DNA of 20,000 bases. Origin: an uncultured virus (IMG/VR IMGVR_UViG_3300023273_001138) (Duplodnaviria > Heunggongvirae > Uroviricota > Caudoviricetes). Made by a program: the position numbers and the translations under genes. Where the stretch lies: IMG/VR virus record IMGVR_UViG_3300023273_001138; one strand, given 5' to 3'. The notes under the pieces are model-generated. The model saw nothing but the letters and a program-made list of their open reading frames with translations. It did no database searches and was not told where the DNA came from. How positions within the stretch are numbered: the stretch's first letter is position 1; every line of letters starts with the position of its first letter. Below, in pieces: positions 1-6,611 of the stretch.

Positions 1-1358
1 ACATCAGAGGTAGAGGTGCTGAAATTACTGATAATGGACATGCACCTGGCGCTGTTCACTTTATGAATCTCTTTCAAAGTGTAGTAGATAATATTTCACA
101 AGGTTCAACTCGTAGAGGTAGATTCTCACCATACTTACCAATCGAACATCCAGATATTATGGAGTTCTTAGAAATTGGAACTGAAGGTGCAACTATCCAA
201 GACCTTACACATGCGGTAACTGTTTCTGATGAGTTTATGGAAGAAATGATTGCTGGTGATACTGAAAAAAGAGCTGCTTGGGCAAAAGTAATCCAACGAA
301 GAGGTGAAATCGGATATCCATATATTATGTTCTCAGATACGATGAACAAAAATACTGTGGATGTTTATAAAGATAAAAACGCTAAAATCTATAACTCTAA
401 TCTATGTTCTGAAATCGCTCTTCATAACTCAGAGGAAGAATCATTTGTTTGTGTACTTTCATCTATGAATGTTCTACACTATGATGAGTGGAAGGATACT
501 GATGCAGTTGAAACGATGACTTACTTCTTAGATGCGGTTGTAACCGAATTCCTTACTAAGATTGAAGCTATTAGAGATAATGGTACAATTGAAGGTAAAA
601 GAGCATTCTTCTACTTAGAAAAAGCATACAACTTCGCTAAAAGACAAAGAGCATTAGGTTTAGGTGTTTTAGGATGGCACTCATTTATTCAATCAAAAGG
701 ATTACCATTTGATAGTAGAGATGCGGCAAGATTAAATGTTGAAGTATTTAAACTAATCAAAGAAAAATCATATAAAGCATCCGAAGAGATGGCTGAAAAA
801 TATGGTGAACCTGAATACCTCAAAGGATATGGTAGAAGAAATGTAACTTTGAACGCTATTGCACCTACCACATCTTCAGCATTTATCTTAGGACAGGTAT
901 CACAATCAATTGAACCAATTTGGTCAAATTGTTATGTAAAAGATGTTGCTAAAATGAAAGTAACAATCAAAAACCCAATCTTAGAAAAATTACTTGAGGA
1001 GTTGGGTAAAAATGATAAAGAAACTTGGAATAGTATTAAACAAAATGATGGTTCGGTTCAGCATTTAGAGTTCTTAACTCCTATACAAAAAGAGGTATTC
1101 AGAACTTTTGCTGAAATCAATCAATCTACTATTATTAACCAAGCAGCAATCAGACAGGATTACATTGACCAATCACAATCTTTGAATCTAATGATTGCAC
1201 CTGATATGCCAACTAAGGATGTAAACAAACTCCTTATTGATGCATGGAAGTTAGGAGTTAAAACACTTTACTACCAACACTCAATGAATTCAGCACAAGC
1301 TTTCGCTAGAAAGAAACTTGGATTGAATGATTTACATTGTGTTGCTTGTGAGGGATAA
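1..1358 (+). CDS. nrdA: Ribonucleotide reductase class I alpha subunit, 5'-truncated by the window edge
   Basis: Frame is open from position 3 (IRGRGAEITDNGHAPGAVHF then the track ORF 63..1358). Catalytic SNLCSEI, RALGLGVLG, IAPTTSSA, radical-transfer KTLYY and C-terminal CVAC redox pair. Confidence 0.97.
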   Translation, partial: IRGRGAEITDNGHAPGAVHFMNLFQSVVDNISQGSTRRGRFSPYLPIEHPDIMEFLEIGTEGATIQDLTHAVTVSDEFMEEMIAGDTEKRAAWAKVIQRRGEIGYPYIMFSDTMNKNTVDVYKDKNAKIYNSNLCSEIALHNSEEESFVCVLSSMNVLHYDEWKDTDAVETMTYFLDAVVTEFLTKIEAIRDNGTIEGKRAFFYLEKAYNFAKRQRALGLGVLGWHSFIQSKGLPFDSRDAARLNVEVFKLIKEKSYKASEEMAEKYGEPEYLKGYGRRNVTLNAIAPTTSSAFILGQVSQSIEPIWSNCYVKDVAKMKVTIKNPILEKLLEELGKNDKETWNSIKQNDGSVQHLEFLTPIQKEVFRTFAEINQSTIINQAAIRQDYIDQSQSLNLMIAPDMPTKDVNKLLIDAWKLGVKTLYYQHSMNSAQAFARKKLGLNDLHCVACEG

Positions 1359-1383
1359 TATTAAACATTAAATTATAAAAGCT

Positions 1384-1647
1384 ATGATAGAAATTAAAAA
1401 ATTCGAAGCAGATTGGTGTGGTCCTTGTAGGATGTTAAAACCAACATTTGAAAAATTAGAAGAATCATTTGGAAATTCCGTAAAATTTTCGTATATTAAC
1501 GTGGATGAAAACCAAGATGAAGCAGCTAAGTATTCAGTTCGTTCAATTCCAACCGTTGTTATTGAAAAAAACGGAGAATTGGTAGAAAGATTTACAGGTG
1601 CACAATCGGAGTTAGCATATAAGAATGCGCTAAACGAAGTTTTATAA
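1384..1647 (+). CDS. trxA: Thioredoxin
   Basis: 87 aa, ADWCGPC active site, VRSIPT cis-Pro motif; directly after nrdA. Confidence 0.96.
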   Translation: MIEIKKFEADWCGPCRMLKPTFEKLEESFGNSVKFSYINVDENQDEAAKYSVRSIPTVVIEKNGELVERFTGAQSELAYKNALNEVL

Positions 1648-1650
1648 GGA

Positions 1651-1854
1651 ATGCCAATACTAAGAGGACAGACTCATCCTTCTGCAAAATTAACGGATGA
1701 GCAGGTTATACAAATAAGAAGGTTATGGAAAATGGGACACCGAAATGTAAGAGTGATAGCTCGAAACAATAAGGTATCCCCAGCCAATATCATTAAGATT
1801 GTCAAAAATAAAACTTGGACACACCTAAATGAATTTTGGTCTGGTAGTTTATGA
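1651..1854 (+). CDS. Small stand-alone helix-turn-helix protein resembling the C-terminal DNA-binding domain of phage HNH endonucleases
   Basis: Pattern GxxHPxAKLTxxxVxxIR...IA...VSxxxIxxIxxxKTWxH; no HNH catalytic part; stop overlaps next start (ATGA 1851-1854). Confidence 0.7.
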   Translation: MPILRGQTHPSAKLTDEQVIQIRRLWKMGHRNVRVIARNNKVSPANIIKIVKNKTWTHLNEFWSGSL

Positions 1855-2618
1855 AAGAGGAGAAAACATATTGTGATACTTCTAAACTTTCCATTCGTCT
1901 TATAACCAAATCGGTAGCGAAGGATATCATTGTTAACAACCATTATAGTGGATTGTGGACAAAGGTATCTTACGCAATTGGTTTATTTACCTCTGATGTA
2001 GAAGAACATCCTTTTTTTGATAATGTAGAAGATAAACTAATTGGAGTAGCTTGTTATGGAGACCCAATTGGTAGAAGTGCTGGACAATCAATATCCCCTT
2101 TATTGGAAAGAACTGAAGTATTAGAACTAACTCGATTATTCGTATTCGATGGATATGGTTCTAATATAGAGAGTTGGTTCTTAGGTCAAACTTTTGATTG
2201 GTTAAGAGAGAATGTACCACAAATAAAAGCACTTATTTCATATTCAGACCCTAAAGAAGGGCATTGTGGTACAATTTACCAAGCAACTAATTGGTTGTAT
2301 CAAGGTAACAAACTAAGATTCAATGATAGTTGGGATTTCAGATGGGAAGCAGGTGGTGATTGGCACCACGGAAGAACTTCTTATGTGAAATTTGGAACAA
2401 ATGACCCCAAAGAAATACAAAAAATGATATCATCTACTTTTTGGATAAAGAAAAATCCAAGAAAACATAGATATGTGTACATTTTAGCCAAAGGTGGTGA
2501 AAGAAGGAAGTTGTTAAACAATATTAAACATCCAACCTTCCCCTATCCTAAAGAAAATGAACAATTTGTGGAAGAAATTCATAGAATGGACCCGATAAAT
2601 TTGGAAATTACAAAATAA
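1851..2618 (+). CDS. mom: Mom-like GNAT-fold DNA (adenine) modification protein, paralogue 1
   Basis: Motifs NNHYS, IGVACYGDP, LELTRL, NIESWFL, ISYSDPKEGHCGTIYQATNWLYQG, KHRYVY match my recollection of the Mu Mom family. Confidence 0.8.
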   Translation: MKEEKTYCDTSKLSIRLITKSVAKDIIVNNHYSGLWTKVSYAIGLFTSDVEEHPFFDNVEDKLIGVACYGDPIGRSAGQSISPLLERTEVLELTRLFVFDGYGSNIESWFLGQTFDWLRENVPQIKALISYSDPKEGHCGTIYQATNWLYQGNKLRFNDSWDFRWEAGGDWHHGRTSYVKFGTNDPKEIQKMISSTFWIKKNPRKHRYVYILAKGGERRKLLNNIKHPTFPYPKENEQFVEEIHRMDPINLEITK

Positions 2619-2631
2619 TTTAGTATATTTG
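2600..2631 (+). promoter_or_regulatory. Bacteroidota-type sigma70 promoter (-33 TTTG / -7 TAnnTTTG)
   Basis: TTTG 2600-2603, 20-nt spacer, TATATTTG 2624-2631; 17 nt upstream of ATG 2649; spacer holds inverted repeat AAATTA-N5-TAATTT. Confidence 0.8.
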
Positions 2632-2648
2632 TAAAAATTAGTAGTATT

Positions 2649-2807
2649 ATGACTGAATCAGAAGAAATTGAAGAAATCTTAATGGAATCATCATCTTATG
2701 GATTAAGAATAGAAGTAATGAAAACTGCTTCTGAAATTATGGGAAGTAATCCCAAAATGAGAAAAGTAGATGCATACCAACAAGCTTTCAACGAATGGGT
2801 AAAGTAG
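2649..2807 (+). CDS. 52-aa hypothetical protein, absent from the ORF track
   Basis: MTESEEIEEILMESSSYGLRIEVMKTASEIMGSNPKMRKVDAYQQAFNEWVK*; fills the gap between the Mom paralogues, follows a promoter and overlaps the next start by 13 nt. Confidence 0.75.
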   Translation: MTESEEIEEILMESSSYGLRIEVMKTASEIMGSNPKMRKVDAYQQAFNEWVK

Positions 2808-3601
2808 AAGGAAAGAAATATTGTGATGCTAGTAAAGTAAGTATTGCACCAATAGCTAAATCTATCGCTAAAGATATGATTATCAAAAAGCATTACACTC
2901 ATGCTTGGACTGCATGTAGGTACGCTTTAGGTATCTATCATCAAATGGATGAAAAAGATATCTTTGGTAATGATAAAAAGTTGGTAGGAGTAGCTGTATA
3001 TGGATTCCCAGTAGGAGCAAAAGCATCCACCTCAGTTTGTGAGGGATTAACAAAAGATAACATCTTAGAACTTACTCGATTGTATGTTGATGATGGGTAT
3101 GGTTCAAACATTGAGAGTTGTGCATTAGGTAAAACCTTCCAATGGTTAAAGGATAACGATACCAACATCAAAGTTCTTCTATCTTATGCTAATAATGGAC
3201 AAGGGCACTTAGGTGGGATTTACAAAGCAACCAATTGGATTTATCAGGGATTGAATACTGATATCGCTCTGATGCCAAATTGGGGTATTTCACTATCTAA
3301 TGACCCATACGATTGGATTCACTCTCGAACTGTATTCAACAATTGGGGAAGTGGTAACTTAGAACATCTCAAAAAAGAAATCGGAAAAGAGGGATATAAA
3401 GAATTTTGGAGAAGAGAAGAACCTCCAAAACATAGATACATTCAGATTCTTGCTCAAAATAAAAAAGAGAAAAAGGATTTGATGAAAAGGTTGAAGCATG
3501 AGATTCGACCTTATCCAAAAGAGTTGAATGATTATAATACTGAAGTAGTACATCATTTAACCTATCCACCAGAGGAAAGTAACGAAATAAATTTTTGGTA
3601 A
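2795..3601 (+). CDS. mom: Mom-like GNAT-fold DNA modification protein, paralogue 2
   Basis: Colinear with paralogue 1: YCDxSK, KKHYT, VGVAVYGFP, LELTRL, GYGSNIES, LSYANNGQGHLGGIYKATNWIYQG, KHRY, PYPKE. Confidence 0.8.
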   Translation: MGKVEGKKYCDASKVSIAPIAKSIAKDMIIKKHYTHAWTACRYALGIYHQMDEKDIFGNDKKLVGVAVYGFPVGAKASTSVCEGLTKDNILELTRLYVDDGYGSNIESCALGKTFQWLKDNDTNIKVLLSYANNGQGHLGGIYKATNWIYQGLNTDIALMPNWGISLSNDPYDWIHSRTVFNNWGSGNLEHLKKEIGKEGYKEFWRREEPPKHRYIQILAQNKKEKKDLMKRLKHEIRPYPKELNDYNTEVVHHLTYPPEESNEINFW

Positions 3602-3617
3602 AAAAAAGTGAAAAAAT

Positions 3618-3652
3618 ATTTGGATAATTAAAAAATTATTCTTATATTAGTA
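3618..3652 (+). repeat. 35-bp direct repeat, copy 1 (33/35 identical to 9133-9167)
   Basis: ATTTGGATAATTAAAAAATTATTCTTATATTAGTA versus ATTTGGATAATTAAAAAATTATTCGTATATTTGTA. Confidence 0.9.
3619..3650 (+). promoter_or_regulatory. Bacteroidota-type promoter with a one-mismatch -7 box
   Basis: TTTG 3619-3622, 20-nt spacer, TATATTAG 3643-3650; near-identical to the promoter at 9134-9165. Confidence 0.72.
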
Positions 3653-3707
3653 TCATAAAATTGAGCGGGGATGTTCCCCAAATGTTAAAACCCTAAAACA
3701 ATAAGTT

Positions 3708-5468
3708 ATGGATTTTCCAAAAGTTACTAAAAAACAATTTAAAGAATTGATATCAAATATTAGAGATACCTATTTGGATTGGTGTGTTCATAATAACGAA
3801 ACACACTTTGATGGTTGTACCATTACATGGGGAGATTTAAAAATGTATCCCAAAAAATATCAAGGTGAATTGGAAGTTGGTGATATACAAAACTCTCAAT
3901 CAAATAGAGACCCATCTATATTAGATACATCTAAAAAATTACCTAAAAAATTATCTTACGCACTTCGTATTATGGGTGGTAATTCATCTTTCAACTTCTT
4001 ACCATTGGGTATGTTAGATGATACTATCGCTCTACAAGCAGAAGATAGAGGGCATGAGGGTACTATATTGTTCTTTCACTATGAAAAGTCTTGGTCAAAA
4101 TCAATATGGAAAAAAGTACAAAGACAATTAGATTCTGAACTACCTGAAGATGATAGAACAGCTAGCACTAAATTGATTGCAGAAAATTTAAGTAATAAAT
4201 TAAAAGATAAAAAAATAACTGAATTATCTTTATCTGAGGTAATACCATCATCGGTATGTAAGAAGCAATCAAATACCAATATTCCGATTCAAATAAAAGT
4301 ATATCCAAATCGTGCAATGCATCGTAGAGAAATATTGGGCATCAATAATAGTGAGGATTCTTGGACAACTCACCAAAAGGGAATGTTATCAGCGGAGATA
4401 AAATTAGATGATAAATATGGTGTTGGTAATGATTATATGGATACTATCTATTCACTGGTAGAGGGAGATGAACTATTTCAGGGTGAAAAAACTATGTTTA
4501 GCCGCCATAACAAAGTAGGGGATAAGATGGAACGATTTGAAGAAGAAATCATTATGTTATGGAATAGTTCTAGGAAAACTAGAACAGGTGGTATTTTGGA
4601 TATTTATCGTGGATTTGATTGTTCAGCTGAAAAGAGAAGAATAAAGCAGTATGAGGATTATGTAATAGCTACTAATAAAACTGATGCTGAAAATGAAGCT
4701 AGTGTTGGTAAAGAATTTCTTAATTGGATATCTGAATGTGTAGATATTAATACATTTGAAAATAACATAGAGCAGGTTATTAATAAGCATAATGGTTCAT
4801 CAACTACCAACATCAATGATTTATCTATGACTAAAGTGGATTCTGCACTAATGATAGCTCATTTGATTGATAATTATATAAAATTATCATCATCCAATCC
4901 AACGAAGGAAACGGTATTAAATGTAACTGGTTATGTGTTACAAATGGCTTCTGATTTAATATTGGAATCAAAAGTACAAAACGCTTTAATTAAAGCTGGT
5001 ACTGGTGCCAATGGGAGATATAACAAATTCTATTCAATATTGGAAGAAGAGCTTAAAAAATTACCTTATGAAACTATTAGTGATGTAAAGAGTACTTTGA
5101 TTTCTATGGCTAAACAATCATTAGATACCTCACTAAATCCAAATGGTGATATTTCTATGATTGACCGTAATAATGGTTCTAAATCTGAATTTAAAATAGT
5201 AACAGTTAATATATCAAATGGTGTTGGGTTTGATAAAGGACATAAAAACTCTGGAAAAGATGGTAAAGATATTTCTAATTTCTTCCTACAATTTTCAGGT
5301 GATAATAGATTTCATTCAAACAAACGAAACTTTATTCCATCGGAATACTCTTTGGAATATCTAAACTCCATTAAACAATTTATGAATACGCATGATTTAA
5401 TGATGGATGATGATTGGCAAGAGGCATATCAAAACACTCGTAAATTTGTTAATAGTGTTTGGAAATAA
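3708..5468 (+). CDS. 586-aa hypothetical protein; possible degenerate C-terminal HNH-like motif, possibly DUF262/GmrSD-like architecture
   Basis: Long intact ORF behind its own promoter, so the CDS itself is secure. C-terminal FDKGH...G...SNFFLQFSGDNRFHSNK resembles DxxH...G....N......N HNH motifs; function is speculative. Confidence 0.6.
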   Translation: MDFPKVTKKQFKELISNIRDTYLDWCVHNNETHFDGCTITWGDLKMYPKKYQGELEVGDIQNSQSNRDPSILDTSKKLPKKLSYALRIMGGNSSFNFLPLGMLDDTIALQAEDRGHEGTILFFHYEKSWSKSIWKKVQRQLDSELPEDDRTASTKLIAENLSNKLKDKKITELSLSEVIPSSVCKKQSNTNIPIQIKVYPNRAMHRREILGINNSEDSWTTHQKGMLSAEIKLDDKYGVGNDYMDTIYSLVEGDELFQGEKTMFSRHNKVGDKMERFEEEIIMLWNSSRKTRTGGILDIYRGFDCSAEKRRIKQYEDYVIATNKTDAENEASVGKEFLNWISECVDINTFENNIEQVINKHNGSSTTNINDLSMTKVDSALMIAHLIDNYIKLSSSNPTKETVLNVTGYVLQMASDLILESKVQNALIKAGTGANGRYNKFYSILEEELKKLPYETISDVKSTLISMAKQSLDTSLNPNGDISMIDRNNGSKSEFKIVTVNISNGVGFDKGHKNSGKDGKDISNFFLQFSGDNRFHSNKRNFIPSEYSLEYLNSIKQFMNTHDLMMDDDWQEAYQNTRKFVNSVWK

Positions 5469-5480
5469 TTAAAATAAAAT

Positions 5481-6611
5481 ATGAGAGTATTAGTAATACC
5501 TAATTATACAAATTTTGGACAAGTAAAGGATATCAATAGGGATTCGTTCCTATTGGTATTCAAGTCCTTTTTAGATAACACACAAATTGGAAAGGAGTGG
5601 GAGTGGGTCTTACCATATCCAGGTGGTGGAATGCACAATCATCCAGGTATTATAAACACTTTCGAATATCCGAATGTAACGATGTTACAAATGGACCCGA
5701 TAGATTGTTTTCCAGCTAAGATGAGGGTTGATTATCCTCACAAATTTTTTGAGAAGGTTATTGAGAAATATGAAGGAAAATTTAATCTCGTTTGGAGCCA
5801 TTTACCTGAGTGGACAAATTTATTTAAGATATCAAGAATCTACAATAAATTACAACCTATAATTGGCTACTGCCATTGGAGCGAAATACCCGAAAATGGT
5901 GCTAGAACGGAAAACTCATTTTGGACAAACATTAGAGGTATTTTACAAATGGAAGTTTGTGGTGTAAACTCTGAATATCAAAAAAGTGTTATTCTTAAAA
6001 ACGCAGCTTTAGATTTCCAACCACATATTGTTGAAAAGTTGGATAAGATTATTCAACCTTGGTATTTAGGATGTGATACAGCTACTCCTTCAAATGGATA
6101 TGATGATAAAACAATCGTATTCAATCATAGAGAAGGTGTTTATACTGGTTCTAAATGGTTCTTTGAAACTATGGATGAGTTGTGGAAAGAAAGGCAGGAT
6201 TTCAAAGTTTATACTACTTTGAAAGAAATGGGTAAACCTTATACAAAGTATATTGGAGCAGCTGATAGAAAAGTGTACCTAAGTCAATTATCAAAAGCAC
6301 ATTTTGGTGTTGGTACTTTCCAAGGTTATTCAGCTTGGAGTATGAGTACAACTGATGGATTTTCAGTAGGTGTACCATATTTACTACCAAATGGTTTTTG
6401 TTATCCTGAAATGGTAGGTGATGATTATCCACTTCTTTATAATGGTAAGAAAGAATTTAAAGAAATGGTAATAAAGTTATTAGATGGTGATATTCCAAGA
6501 CCTGATGTAACTCACCTTGCTCAATCTCTCCTATGGGAATCACAAATTGAGAAATATTGGAATGTTGAGAAAAATTTTATTGGTAACCTAAGAAAAGAAT
6601 TTAACGATTAA
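5481..6611 (+). CDS. GT-B fold glycosyltransferase, possibly acting on DNA bases
   Basis: N-terminal MRVLVIP strand, IVFNHR...TG, YLSQLSKAHFGV, WSMSTTDGFSVGVPYLLP..CYPEMV (GT-B nucleotide-sugar binding region); TAATG overlap with the polymerase start. Confidence 0.78.
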   Translation: MRVLVIPNYTNFGQVKDINRDSFLLVFKSFLDNTQIGKEWEWVLPYPGGGMHNHPGIINTFEYPNVTMLQMDPIDCFPAKMRVDYPHKFFEKVIEKYEGKFNLVWSHLPEWTNLFKISRIYNKLQPIIGYCHWSEIPENGARTENSFWTNIRGILQMEVCGVNSEYQKSVILKNAALDFQPHIVEKLDKIIQPWYLGCDTATPSNGYDDKTIVFNHREGVYTGSKWFFETMDELWKERQDFKVYTTLKEMGKPYTKYIGAADRKVYLSQLSKAHFGVGTFQGYSAWSMSTTDGFSVGVPYLLPNGFCYPEMVGDDYPLLYNGKKEFKEMVIKLLDGDIPRPDVTHLAQSLLWESQIEKYWNVEKNFIGNLRKEFND

